Below, piece by piece: positions 12,775 through 26,545 of a DNA stretch of 64,000 bases. Within the stretch, counting starts at the first letter, position 1; every line of letters begins with the position of its first letter. The position numbers and the translations under genes are program-made. The stretch is from Octopus vulgaris (lineage: Eukaryota): the NCBI GenBank assembly GCA_951406725.2, contig OX597820.1, positions 123,628,001 through 123,692,000 on the forward strand, given 5' to 3'. Under the pieces are notes generated by a model. It saw nothing but the letters and a program-made list of their open reading frames with translations, did not search any database and was not told the DNA's origin.

Positions 12775-13740
12775 CCTATCTTAACTGTCCACAACGGCCA
12801 CACAGAGAAGCAAAGGATGGGACAACAGAAAAGACAGGAACTCCACACAGCCTGGAGATCCCGAGTTCCAAGGGCACCTTGGACGGGGAGCTATTACCCT
12901 CCGGCCTATAGGTGCATGCTCTAACTAGGCTCATTCATACGGGCCATCTTTCTTACATCCACTTACTTTTCAGCAGAAATACTGGGATACCGAGGAGCAG
13001 TACTTCCTTTTCCAAACTCACTTTCATTTCCAAGTAGATCGTGGAAAATCGATGAAGGCTTCACCGAAGAGGAAAGTATCTGTTTTCGGTCCTTTCAACC
13101 TCCTCCACTACATACATAACTGCCAGGCAGTAGAAAACTGCCTTCCCTTCACGGCCAAAAAAAAAAGCGGCAGAGCTGTATTCACAAATGGACTCGGCTG
13201 ATAACCAGATCCGTTCTACACGCGTCAACGGATGAAAGACAAAATTCCACAAATCAGTTTGCTTCTCCAATGTCTCTATAATGTAATGCAGGTGGTGGAT
13301 GTTTTCGTGGATAGATCTTCTTAGGATCCTGCTTGTCTGCGAGTGACCGACCGATTTATTGATAAAAAGCATGAAAATCTTCGCGAACACCTCGGCCAAA
13401 TTCTTGTGATTTGCGTTCAAAAGAGTTATGGGGAAAAAATTATCTATTTGGACCCCTCCTTGTTCGGGTTCCTTCTCAGCAGCACCACTGTGCCACAGCT
13501 CACAGTATTGGGAATTATCCCGTTATGATGGCTGCTGTGGTATACATCTGTCAAAAGATCACCGAACAAGACTGGCATATGAATGTAAACCTCGAGGACG
13601 GACAATCGAGCCCGGAGACTTCTCAACTGTGCAGTAAGACATCGCCTCTAATATGTTTTCGGCTTTTATCAGAATTTCGTAGAACTGCGCATACATATCT
13701 GAAAGGTGTAGCATGCCGCCAAGCTAGAAGGTGAAATCCT
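12775..13740 (-). mobile_element. Internally deleted L1/Tx1-like LINE (RT N-terminus fused to ORF2 C-terminus)
   Basis: EKSPGLDCP, MPVLFGDLLTDVY and IDNFFPITLLNANHKNLAEVFAK...RSIHENIHHLHYIIE (L1/Tx1 RT start, consensus N.RPITLLN..YKILAK) run directly into TDLWNFV...RVERIWLSAESI...GREGKAVFYCLAVM. Confidence 0.75.
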
Positions 13741-14151
13741 TCTCCGTCTTCGATTTACCTCGCACAGTTCAGCAAAGTGCTGTTTCATTAAATTCCACAC
13801 ACGTCAGCTTGGATTCAAGTATCATAGGATTCCATCTAGGTCGACTGTACAGTTCAGAATTATTTGTGTAGACGATGATTTTGAACTTTGCAAAACTTAT
13901 GCTAATTCTATTTACAAGCTTACAATTACTTTATCTACGTACGATCTGGAAGACCCGATACTGTTTGCTCATGTCCTCATTGGCGTATTAATGAAATCCA
14001 GTTGGTATTTACCTGCTAATTGGTAGATTCCGACAGTAACAATTCAAGCGTAAAAATAAAATATATTATTTGATAAGTGGGTGCTGACTAGATAAAGTTT
14101 TACAGTGTTTTTACAGCTTCTGTGTTGATTTCTTTATTAAAAACATTTCTG

Positions 14152-14226
<75 letters not shown>

Positions 14227-14371
14227 ATGGCGGTGCTCCAGCATGGGCAGAGCTCGTGAGCTGAAACTAGATAAAAGATAAAATATAAATATATATATAT
14301 GTACATAAATATATAATGTCTAATTCGTTTCCTACAAGATTTTTTAACTAAATTCTGATTAGTTGTACGTA

Positions 14372-14512
14372 TTAGGTTGTCCCAAAAGTTCGTAAACACT
14401 TGCGAAAAATGAATTTTTACTCGCCAAGTACTAACAAAAACAACAAAAATTATTCCTCAAAATAAAGACCATTATTTCCCAAGACTTTCTACGAACTTTT
14501 GGGACAACCTTA
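14372..14512. mobile_element. mariner-type MITE (141 bp)
   Basis: TIRs AGGTTGTCCCAAAAGTTCGTA (14374-14394) and TACGAACTTTTGGGACAACCT (14490-14510), a perfect 21-bp match. TA dinucleotides on both flanks. Confidence 0.9.
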
Positions 14513-15280
14513 TATTACCGTCTACTCGAAAATTAGTACGTACTAGTATGTCTTGCAAACAACTTGCACATGCAAGTGCTACCAATTAAAAGCTCCGTAT
14601 ACCGGAAGCTAGCAAGTGTATGGGGTCATCAGGAGAGAATGCGTGTCGTTTCGGGGCCTACCTCTCGACGGCATCAATGCGCACCGGCCCCTCTCACTGA
14701 TATGAGGCCCCGCTTGCTAGATCAGCTGGTAATGAAGAACTCAATATACTTCTAGCCATCGCTCATCGTCTCTTTTTATCCAAATCCAGTGGCTAGCCTT
14801 CTCCACTGTAGATTGGATATCCTCTTCAGCCAACTAAATTTACTCCAATTTTTTAAAGTGAAACCTGCTCATATTCTACAGCAACAAAAATACCGGTTAG
14901 CTACATCAGTATTTAAATGAACGGCAAAGGAAGAATGGAGAAGACGGGGAAGGTTCGGAAATAGTTTGGAGGACCCAGAGACCATTAACAGACACTGAGA
15001 AAACACGGATGAACAGGTAATAATAGATTGAGAATACTGGATGAGAATTGCAAGCCGAAGGGTTGGCATAAGACGGATGCGCTAACCAACAACTTATTCA
15101 TCCGATCATTATACAATATGCTTCATGAATTTATTAACGAAAGAATTTAGCAATTAGCGTCTCCGTGTTTATGCAGCACTGATACGGAATAATAATATTG
15201 ATCTATATTTGTAAATTACACACACGCATAGAGACACAACTCACACTCATGCACACACACACCCACAATGACGCACATGA

Positions 15281-15281
<1 letters not shown>

Positions 15282-15350
<69 letters not shown>

Positions 15351-16012
15351 ATATATATATATCTAAATATGTATATATATGTGTGTATGTCTGTGTATGT
15401 ATGTATATCTCTACATATACATATATACTTAGGTAGACACACACATACACAAACGTACACACAAACGTATTCAATATGCGCGTATATATATGTATTTATG
15501 TATACATGTATGCATGAAGCATATACATGTTTACGTATTGCAAATCAATATTACAGTTCCACCGAATAATCTAGAAAATATGGCTTTCTGTAATAAAGAA
15601 TTATCGATTTAGTGTTAATCTTTTGAAGTATACCATCTACCATCGGTAGAGTTAATATATGGAATTAATTGATTGCTTTAATTTCCATTACTACAAAGTT
15701 CAACAGGTATGACGTAGACTGAGAATAGAAAAGTTGTTTGAGAGATAACCGTTGGCAAGAAATGACATGTCTTGACTAATTTCACTTTCTTGCTTCACAA
15801 ACTCACAAACAATATATACAAAGTTGCACACACACACACACAAACAGGCACACAAGCACACAAACAAACGCACACACACACACACACATATAAGTATATT
15901 CCTATGTTTATATAAGTATGTGTGTGCGTATGTATGTATGTATGTATGTATGTATATATGTGTGCATGTGTGTCTTAGTAGCTGCGTGTATGCATGAGTG
16001 TAAATGTATCTG

Positions 16013-16099
<87 letters not shown>

Positions 16100-16208
16100 A
16101 GATATATACTTACGTGTGTTTGTATGTGTGTGTGTGTTCGTGTATATTTATATATATATATATATATAAACATATATAAACATACATATATATATATATA
16201 TATACATA

Positions 16209-16257
<49 letters not shown>

Positions 16258-16289
16258 GTTCCGTTTCGTTTCTTTTTCTTCTCCCAGTA

Positions 16290-16383
<94 letters not shown>

Positions 16384-16390
16384 AACATCC

Positions 16391-16468
<78 letters not shown>

Positions 16469-16686
16469 TGTATATATGTATATATACATATGCATTTGTT
16501 TGTGCATATATATGCATATAATTGCAACTTTCCTAATTAGGTTAGTTTTCCTGAGAGAAGATATTGATTTTTCAGGGCGTGTTCTCCTTCATACACACGT
16601 ACACGTACACGCGTATATATATATATTTATATATATATATATGTTAATATATATATATGTATGTGTGCATGTGCGTTTGGATATTG

Positions 16687-16732
<46 letters not shown>

Positions 16733-16800
16733 GCACTTACACACATGCACATACGCACACACATATATATATACACCTACACATATACCTATATATAAAA
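15282..16800. repeat. Cluster of (TA)n/(CA)n/(TG)n microsatellites
   Basis: Directly visible; source of the IYIY/HTHT/CVCV pseudo-ORFs. Confidence 0.95.
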
Positions 16801-17169
16801 ATGCACATTCTTGATTATGCATTTCTATACGTAGCACTGTCTGTGTGCATAGCTGTGTTTGATTGCGTGTCCTATCGAGAGCATTCATTACAGTTGTGTC
16901 AAACTGTCCTAGAAATTAAAGAATTCTGTAATCAAGAAATATTGATTATTATTTATATATTGAAGTATTCTCTATATCAGTGCATAGTTAATATATCGAG
17001 TTAATTGATTACCATAACTTTTATATATTCAGAGTTCAGTAGATATGAGTTGTTGGGTCGAAACAATCAAAGTAATTTTTTCAATATATTTATTTAGCAA
17101 TAAATTATCTGGAATACAATAAATCAAAGTACGTGTAATACTATGAAAGCATTTGACTATATTGAGCAA

Positions 17170-17236
<67 letters not shown>

Positions 17237-17476
17237 TATATACATATACATACGTATTTCTTGACATATCACACTCTTCACCTTCCGACATGAAAATGCT
17301 AGGTGGAAAACTACCAATCTCCTCAAATGTGTATATATGCTGCATACTTATATTAATGATGATATTTACATTATAATCAAAATAATTTTACATTAAAGTG
17401 AAAGATGACTCAATACTTTTAGTAAAGTATTACGTTATTATTCATTAATATAGGCTTAGAGGTGGCCGTTTGGTGA

Positions 17477-17679
17477 GTGACGAGATGGCAGAAACGTTAG
17501 CACGCCGGGCGAAATGCGTAGCCGTATTCGTTCGCCGAGGTCGACATTGCGTTTCATCTTTTCGGGGTCGATTAAATAAGTACCAGTTACGCACTGGGGT
17601 CGATATAATCGACTTAATCCGTTTGTCTGTCTTTGTTTATCCTCTCTGTTTTTAGCCTCTTGTGGGTAGTAAAGAAATA
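17477..17679 (+). mobile_element. SINE family A copy (B box deleted) nested in the head of a family B SINE
   Basis: GAGATGGCAGAAACGTTAGCACGCCGGGCGAAATGC...TGTGGGTAGTAAAGAAATA. Flanks GGCTTAGAGGTGGCCGTTTGGT and AAGTAGATTGCTTACGAACCATATGGTCCCGGGTTCAGT rejoin into a tRNA-like head. Confidence 0.8.
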
Positions 17680-17792
17680 GGTAAGTAGATTGCTTACGAA
17701 CCATATGGTCCCGGGTTCAGTTGTTTTGAGAAAATTTGGTTTAAATATTTGACAACTCATCCTCATTGACGGGGGTGGGGTGCGTTTGGCTC

Positions 17793-17847
<55 letters not shown>

Positions 17848-19646
17848 TGCATGTGTGTGTGAGTGTGTATGTGCTTGTGTCTAGAAGCAGTTGCGATGAG
17901 TGCATGAGAAATTACCAAATAATGCAGGCCCTCAAAATTATATCTGAGTCTACGTTAAACTGCCGTAACCGAATAATGCAGCCAGTGGATTATCAATACA
18001 GGTAGATGGAAGGACCGCGTTTAGTTTAAAAGAATAACCGCAGATTATTTCAGATGATTATTTTGTATGTATTCAGTATAGACTATTGATTTTCGACGAT
18101 GTAGTGAAATATTTGAAATGCCAATCTGCTTTGAAAATAATTATCTATGTATATAAATGCCTATTGCTGGCCTTATTATGTCTACTATGCTGCATCTTAA
18201 TCATCATCGTCAGTAGATCTTCTAATATATATATTCTTGTCACTATTATAATAATTATTTTTTCAAAAATTATAATCATTTTTCCTATTCTTATTCATAA
18301 ACCTGTTCTTCTAATCGATATGTTATTAATATTATTACCGATGTTATCCTTTTCATTGCTCATGCTACTAGTATCTCAAGTATCCATTCCCCACCAACGT
18401 TCAACCCATCATTTGCAACACCCCCATTTGTATTGCCATAACCTCTTCCCCGACGACAACCCCTACCCACTGTTATTACACTTATATTATATTTCCCACT
18501 CTCACTATTTATTCCTCGTGTAGTTAGAGTTGCTCCTAGTATCAATATTATTTTGATTTTAGATATAATCCGGTCAGGCACAGGTGAATTTATACGCTTC
18601 TAATGTGTTTAATCTACGAGCGTTGTGGGACGATAATATTTGTGCAAGTTTTCTTGCAGTAGAATGATCAAATCTCACAGAGTGCTGGTTAAACAAATTT
18701 TATCAAGGGCCGCCAAACATTTTCTCGTGATATTACTTGCAATTTGGAACCACAATGTATCTTTGAACCAGATAGTTTTCGTAGATTTTTGTTTTTTATG
18801 GGGTCGGAATCTCTAGCTCTATTTTTCCTGCCCCAATTGTGCTGTTTACATTTACTCTCATCTGCTTTGTAATTATAACTATTATGACCGTCGATGTATC
18901 TACTTTCATTATCTAATTCATTTATCATCGTGTTAGCATTATGTCTATCATCCTTGTGGGGGTCATTTAGGCTTATCTTCCGGTGTATCTGAGATACTAG
19001 TTTTTAATTGTTCCTTGCTATTGTGTCCCATTATCGTATGTGATCTGCTATTTTTGCTGGGGTTAAGGTGGCACCCCACTTTCCGACGTCCCAAACATAA
19101 CATGATATTTTGTATTCAATTTCTTATTGTATATTTTACCCCTACAACATGTAATGGGAAATAGATACAATGTCTTATAAATGAAATGTCTCGATAAAAG
19201 CAGTCTAAGAATGCAGGGTAGTAACCCATCATAAAACTTACAGTTACAGAGGATGTTGAGCAACGACCTTTAAGTTTCGTTGTTTCAACTATATCACATT
19301 ATTTAAAGTCAAAATTAAGAAAACTCGACAACACTTAGCAATCAAAAATGACAACTTAGGAGCCACTAAACTAGATATGAACTAGAATGGTCGATTATAA
19401 GTAGAGCAAAACCATTTGAAATTGGACGAACGCGATTCAAGTTTTGCTTCTAGGTGTCACTACAAATACATATGTCAAAGAGTAAACTAATTAACTGTAG
19501 ACAGGAATTGGCGAAGTGTAGGAAGAATTTCTATAGTGTATCCCTCAGGAGTTTCCCTAGATAACTTTAATCGTATAATGAGAGACTATAAACAAGACAA
19601 GTATGATGCCTCTAAGATAAATGCAAGTTATCTAATTTATATATAT

Positions 19647-20631
19647 TGTTATGAATGGTTCAATTTAAGGACAGTTGGTTGCGACCTACTTTTGGAATAA
19701 ATCCATTGTTCTGTCAGATTCACGAAGGAGTAATGAGCTTTGAGGGGACCTTTGGCCTTGTGCCGGTCAAAGAAAGTTCGAGGAAACCCCTTAAAAAGCA
19801 GGGAGATGTGAGACTGTTGGTCAGTGGGGAACAGAGTGAGTTGGCAACAGGTAGTTCTGCCTGAGACAGCAAAAGGGGCCGGAGGAGGCAGTCGGTTGGC
19901 AAAAAGACAGCAGCCAAGAAGGTGGCGATGGCGAGAGGATGACAACGCTGAGGAAGACAGACAGATAAGCATTGGGAACATGTAGAGCAAGAGAGAGAGG
20001 GATTACGGCGGATAGAAGGCATGGCTATTGTAGTAGGAGTTGTAACTAGAAATTGAAACGGTATGTGTTGTTGAATTGTAACGTGAATTGTTGTATTGAT
20101 GTTGAATTGTAAAAGAGTTGATGTGCTGGATAAAGGGATTATAACGAACTTTGTGAATTGTGTTGATATGTGAATTATGTAAAGAGATTATAACGAACTG
20201 TTACAGAATTGCGGAAAGCAAGAACAAAGAACTGTGTTTGATTGTTGTATTGATATTGAAATGCTAAAGAAATGAGATTGTAAAGACTTTGAAGGACTTT
20301 GGACTGTAACGTATCGTGAACATTATTTGATCTGAACTTATTTGTTTGATTCGACGTGTACTGTTTAAATGCTGTTGTTTTATTGTATCTGCATGTTTAA
20401 ATGCTTTGATCTGTTGTGTACCTGTTGTTTTCTCTAAATGTATTTGATGTTGTAATTATTGTCATAAGCTGTGTTTAAATGTAGCCAATTGCCTTCCGCC
20501 GTTTCTCTTTGTGTCTGTCTCTTCCTGCTGTTGTTGTTGTTGTCATATCTCCGGTCGCCGACTTCGCTGCCATCCCCACCGATCCTCTCTGTGTGGCGAA
20601 TTCTCCGTTCGACCGAGCGAGGGGTGTCCGT

Positions 20632-20635
<4 letters not shown>
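19647..20635. mobile_element. Solo LTR-like element (989 bp) in an (AT)n tract
   Basis: Starts TGTTATGAA and ends TCCGTAACA (TG...CA, 7/9 inverted match). ATAT on both flanks, internal imperfect repeats at 20060-20290, no coding capacity. Confidence 0.65.
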
Positions 20636-20684
<49 letters not shown>

Positions 20685-21161
20685 TATATATTTTTCTATT
20701 TTCTATGTTTGTTTAATATTAAAATTTTATTGTTTTTTTAATTTCATTTGAGTTTTAAAGGATAAATTTAAGGTAAGTTATGCAAACCCGCGCGCGCATG
20801 CTCACACATGCACTCACACGCAAGCACATACATACACACAAACACACACACATATATATATTTCTGATCATAGCTTAACCCTTCCTTTCTTCATTCTTCC
20901 ATCGCCTTCTCCCCTCCATTCTTTCTCTTTTTTTCTCTGTTCCTTTTCTTTTCTTCTCTTACCTTTACCTCCTCTTTTTCCAGCTCATTACTTCTTTTCC
21001 TCTTTTTTGTGTATCTCTCTTCCACTCATCTCTTATTTATTGCCCCCCCCCTTCCCATTCATATATTGTTCTTCATCATTGTTTTGCTTGGTTCTCACAA
21101 GAAAATAATGGATTCTGATAACGGTACAATTAATTCTCTGTCATTCAATTTTTCTCAACAG

Positions 21162-21223
21162 AAAAATGGACCCACCGAGTAAGCCAATCAATAACGAACA
21201 TATAAGGATTAGCGGAAACAGCG
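21162..21223 (+). other. Candidate ATG-containing exon of an unidentified host gene, unverified
   Basis: Acceptor ttctctgtcattcaatttttctcaacAG|, AAAATGG start context at 21166, open MDPPSKPINNEHIRISGNS, donor GCG|GTAAGT. Confidence 0.35.
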
Positions 21224-23160
21224 GTAAGTCAAATTCACTACAATAAAAAGATATTTAATGACCATTATTTAAGCCTTGTTTTGTATATCCCTCTGTGAAA
21301 AACTCCAGTATAACTGGGGATACAACCATAGATTAACACTATGGAATTTTGATGAATAATATAACCTCAGCCCCTGTCACAAGAATACTCGGATCTATTT
21401 ACTAATAAAAAAATCCTTTTAGCTTGGAGTATTAACAGAGAGATTACAGGTATTTTGCCCGGATTGATAATTCCTCATTAATGACAACGTATCATTCATG
21501 TAAACGTATCATTTCACCTCCTCTATTTCTGCAAAATGACGATAGATTGTTTTCTCTGTAACAAGATGACGATACGAAATATTTCACAAAGCAATCAGTT
21601 AGAACGAGGATTCTATATTTTACCAAAAAATTATAGATATGACGTTCTCATTAATTTTGACCGAATATATGCGAAACACGACATGGAATTTAACATCCTC
21701 TTACACACCAATATAAATTGGCTATATCAGCATAAATTTTATATAAATTTGTAAAAGAAAAATAATTCTGCCACGATATAATATATCACATGAGAAACTA
21801 AAACCATTGACTCATGTGTTAACGTGATCTTGGAATCATGGTACTAAACTCAAAAATAGCATGTAAACGTTATATGCATAAAACTATGAATTTTGTAAGG
21901 TGTTAAATAATCCTAGTTATTAATCGATGGAATATAGTTAATCGAACATAAGCAATCCTTAAGTGCTCACATTTGTGTTAAAAGATATTTTATATTGCGA
22001 TGAGTGATTTCAACAGAAAAAATATTGTTTAATCATTACAGAAAAAAATAAATATAAGCCTGATCGAAGCAAGTTTCTATTATTTTATATCATCTTCCTT
22101 TGATAATGTTGAGATGCCTTTCCGATATTGGTTCCATTCGGTACATTCCAATCCTTAAATAAATGAAACAAATTATTTATTTCTTGCACATATTGGTGAA
22201 ATAATACAGAAATCAAGCACGGAATATGTGTATGTTTCTCTTGATGTGATCAACAGTATGCATTAATGGGACGTTAGTGCTTCTGATACAGAAAACGCTA
22301 TTGCTGAGTTCATTAGTTTTCTAAGAGATTCGTGATGGTAGTCAGGTGTAATGATAACTCGTGTACCTTAGAAATTCTGATTAAATATTCATCTCACAGA
22401 GACATTACCTCTGCACTTTGGCAGTTTATAATTGGAAACTATACATACATACGTACAAACATATATACATACTTAAATACATACGTGCATTCATTCATAC
22501 AGATATACGTAAATATATACATATACATACATACACATACACATGCGTATACATATATTCATTGATATTCTACTAATTAATTAGATGCATGAGAAATTGC
22601 AGTGAGCTAATGGAAAAAGGTGTCGCTCTTCTTCTGACACTGGCGTTGTGTATATTGTATTAAAAACTGATAAAACGTTAATGGTCTATTTATCTGACAA
22701 CACAGATGTAGGCGAGTTTGGCAATGAGAAATAAATGAATTAATATAGAGATAGATAGGAGGTATGAGGAAATAAGAGAGAAATGGAGAGAAAGGGTGAT
22801 TCGTTGGTAAGCATTAAATGAATTGGATGTCGAGAACAAATTAGTTAAATTAGGGCGACGTAATGTATCCTCCTGCAGACAATCTAATACAGAAATGAAA
22901 AATAAAACTTCTTGATGAGATTTGTGTTACATATATTTGAAAGTCTTGTGGCAATTCTACTCTCATTGCATACAATCACTATTTGTGTTACATTAGTATG
23001 CAACTTATCGTTCATTTCAGCCGCAATGTCTTATATCTGGTTAATTTTATGATTATCAAGCATTAGGCAAATATTTATGCCAACATAAATTTCAGAATAT
23101 AAATTATTAATGCAAATGTTTGACATTGAAGATGACAGATAGTTCATATTTTTGTCTTAG

Positions 23161-23175
23161 ATGTCGATGATAAGC
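23161..23175 (+). other. Candidate 15-nt micro-exon (phase 1-1), unverified
   Basis: catatttttgtcttAG|ATGTCGATGATAAGC|GTGAGT. In frame with the 21162-21223 candidate, giving ...GNS-DVDDK. Confidence 0.3.
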
Positions 23176-23344
23176 GTGAGTTAAATTTTAATAACTTCAA
23201 ACCTTCTCATTCCAATTATATTATTGTTTTACCTCCGGAAATATATGGACACCCATTATCTCTTTTCCTCCTACTGAAAATTTCATACATCATGCTGTTC
23301 GAGTAAAGATTGCTATTTTCATGAACATTTTCTGCCACATCACT

Positions 23345-23827
23345 CATCATCATCATTGTTCGACCGTGGTCGAGACAATGGAATTTACCATGCTACACCA
23401 GATTCCACGGTCCAACATAGCATTACGGAGGTCCTGTTGCTGGATGCCTGTCTCCCTGGAGATTACATCAGGGTAGGAGAGTGTGCGCCCTCTGGTATTG
23501 CGAGTAGATGGCTTCCAGAGGAGAAGAGTAGAAATTGCTTCGTTTTCAGCTCTACAACAATGTCCAGCAAACTGGACTCTCCTAACTTTCACAAGAGATG
23601 ACACAGGTGGTTGTTTCCCATATATTTGCATTTTGGTTGGATGACGCTTCCACGAGAGATTTTGAGCTCTCATAAGGAGGCGAGTGTAGGTTCCATCCAA
23701 CCGCGTCTCAAGCTTCTTTGATAACGTCGAGGTTTCTGAGCCATATAGTAGAAGTGGTTCAACTGTGGCTTTGAAGATTTCAAGTTTGAAGTCTCTACTT
23801 AGATTTGATGACCAGATCTTAGGCTGA
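23345..23827 (-). mobile_element. 5'-truncated RTE-clade LINE with (TGA)n tail and 10-bp TSD
   Basis: Open frame KIWSSNLSRDFKLEIFKATVEPLLLYGSETSTL...RRVQFAGHCCR...LLWKP...RGR...AMLDRGIW...TTVEQ*. TSD CCACATCACT at 23335-23344 and 23828-23837. Confidence 0.9.
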
Positions 23828-25669
23828 CCACATCACTACGTATGGTCATATTAAAGAGAGATATTCATGCAGTCCTTTCAACTGCCAAACTGCATTTCGA
23901 TTGTCATTCTATCATAAATCCGTTACAGAAAATAGATATATGTTTAGCTAATCGAATTTGATAACATCGTAAGTAAACGCCAACATTTTTCAAGGAAGGA
24001 ATTGCTAGGATAGTACACTCCTGCCTTTTTATAGTTCAATTTCTTTTTCGCTGTTAAAATAATATTTTCCTCTAGAAATTACATTGCAATTTACTAAGAA
24101 TAAAATAGATTGTGATATTCATGCATTTCCTAAAGATCTTCGCATAGTAAACACAATAAACAGGAAACACAGGGTTAAATGTTTACTCTAAGCTTACCAC
24201 GTGTTTAGACCTTCATCACTAAAGAAATATAGAAATTTGTTAGGTTGATGAGTTTCTTAGAATAAACTAAGAATCAAATATAAATATAATTATTGCAATA
24301 GTTAATAAGGCGCATATTATATTTGAAGCCCGAAGAAACCTATTTTCCACCAGCTTCGATGTCGTAGTAGAAATTGAAATATAAATGAATTTAGTACATT
24401 ACAATATATTAAATTTGGGTGTGAAAAGTAATCAGATGAAATATCAGAGACAGAATGTATATCATATCAGAAACCTGCCTAAGGTGACTGCTTTTGCATA
24501 TATAATATATTGTTCTGAAAAGTATACTGGGAATATATCAAACAGATGCATATTTACATGCATATCTACATACAGACATAGATGCGTTTCTGTTTTGACC
24601 AAAGGAGGATTTGAATCCAAAACGTAGGGAGCCGGAACCATTACCACAAAAAAAGTTATCCTATGCTCTAACGACACTGCTAATCGACTGCCTTCAAGAA
24701 TTGACACATGGACAGCACTGATACTTTATTAATCGCGAAAAGTTGAAACGCAATTTTGATGCTGGTAATACTTGAACTCAGAGTGAAGAAATCTGGAAGT
24801 ATTACCCCAAATCAATATAGTCGATGCCCTAACAACTCTACCGATTGGTTGTCTTATTTCGTGTAAGTCTAAGTAATCTATTTGGGAATTACCGTAAGTG
24901 TTTATTAGAAGCATCAATCAAATCTTTTGACAATTTTCCAACATTATTTCAACGTAACGTTGTTCCCATTGATTCATATTGTCGCGTATAAGCATTATCA
25001 AATTTCTTATTCGTCGTTCTTCTGGAGTAAATGATCCAAACCATGTTCTAACATATGCTACAAAGACAGTTAAATCTCTAGTATCTTAAATGTTTATAAT
25101 GGAAACTAGATATTCTAAATCTTCTGCACAAACAATTGTATCTTCATTTATTGTTTCAAATTTCATGATAGAAGACTATATTTCCTCTTGTTATTGTTGA
25201 AAACGTGCTTACTACTTTTTATACAACTTTATTGGAAAATCATGCAAATATCGAATAAGTGACTTCTTCATTGACCTTTAAACGTAAGTCAAAACTTAGT
25301 GGAAATGATGGAAGTGGTGTCAGAGGTGATAGCAGTTCCGATAGCACTGGTAGTGTTGCTTGTCTGAATTACTAAATTAACTGACATGTGTTACAATAGC
25401 CAGAATATCAACGTAGATAACTGACATCATCCTCTTGTTTAAGATACTACTTTCTGTTACATTAATATATTTATAGACCGTCTACTTTTTCCACAAAGTT
25501 ACATATAATAGTTTTACAGCTTATTAATGAGTAAAACTATTTTAGGATGTCATCCAGACAAGTGTTGTTAGTATGACTCACTGACCGTGACAATATATAA
25601 TGACAATAGTTAGTTTTATGTAAATATTATTTCGGAACAGAAACAAAAATACACAGAGGCAGATATATA

Positions 25670-25890
25670 TTTAAAAAGAAACTGGAAGTTTGTCAGATCA
25701 GATGCATAAGGCACAAGGCCTGCACTGGATTCGATTTTGCTTTTTCTTTCACTCTTTCTATTTGTCTCTCTGACATGCTTTCTTCTTAAATCAGCTGTAT
25801 TCTGACTAGGAGAGGGATGGGCTCCATCAGCATTTAAAATGCTTAAGACCCGTTGTATGTAACGACGATCTACACTCAATGCCATCAAAG
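25670..25890 (-). mobile_element. Possible Tc1/mariner transposase remnant
   Basis: ILNADGAHPS and VPYASDLTNFQFLF resemble the QDGA..H and PYSPDL.P.DF.LF motifs in plausible order; heavily diverged. Confidence 0.35.
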
Positions 25891-26069
25891 AGTTGCAAGC
25901 GCAAGGCTGAGTAAGTTGTACGAAATATAGGATCAGTAAATGCTGGTTCAAATCGAGCGATGATGTCAACCAAACGATTCTGGACTTTCCTCGATGGCAT
26001 CAATGTTTCTCGACACGGCACAAGTGAACTATATTTTTATAATGGGTTGAAACTATTCTGATTTTGTAA

Positions 26070-26545
26070 CCAAAATATCCCACATTCTTCGCAAAATGTA
26101 TGAACAATTATAAATAACTGCATCTCAGCTCTGATGATAAATGCACGTATATACCAATAATCATTGGTGCACTTAGTAAATATCTAATCTACAAGCTGGA
26201 AAGTCTACTAATAAAAGAATCTGGCTAACAGGAAGGTTACAAATACAATCAGTGAGTGATACCTATTTCTTTACTATCCACAATGGGTTAAACACAGAGA
26301 GGACAAACAAGGACAGACAAACGGATTAAGTCGATTATATCGACCCCAGTGTGCAGCTGATAGTTGTTTAATCGACCCCGAAAGGATGAAAGGTAAAGTC
26401 GACCTCGGCAGAATTTGAAAACTCAGAACGTAGCGGTAGACGAAATACCGCAAAACATTTCGCCCGACGTGCTAACATTTCTGCCAGATCAACGCCTTAT
26501 CAGTGAGTGATACTATGTGTAAGATATGCCTACATTTCAATAACT
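26070..26545 (+). mobile_element. R4/Dong-type RLE C-terminal remnant interrupted by a SINE
   Basis: DDKCTYIPIIIGALSK and RLQIQSVSDT parallel the better-preserved copy at 41120-41430. Confidence 0.55.
26263..26498 (-). mobile_element. Full-length tRNA-derived SINE family A with 15-bp TSD
   Basis: TSD ATCAGTGAGTGATAC at 26248-26262 and 26499-26513; A/B-box-like head, central CCTTTCATCCTTTCGGGGTCGAT domain and tail. Confidence 0.92.

Noticed and set aside
15198-17004. Many long ORFs (IYIY, HTHT, CVCV, YLSI, MYVC types) here and across the window
   Set aside because: They are translations of stop-free microsatellites, not genes.
18086-18928. ORFs of 145, 73 and 79 aa
   Set aside because: Low-complexity composition with no recognisable motifs or supporting splice structure.
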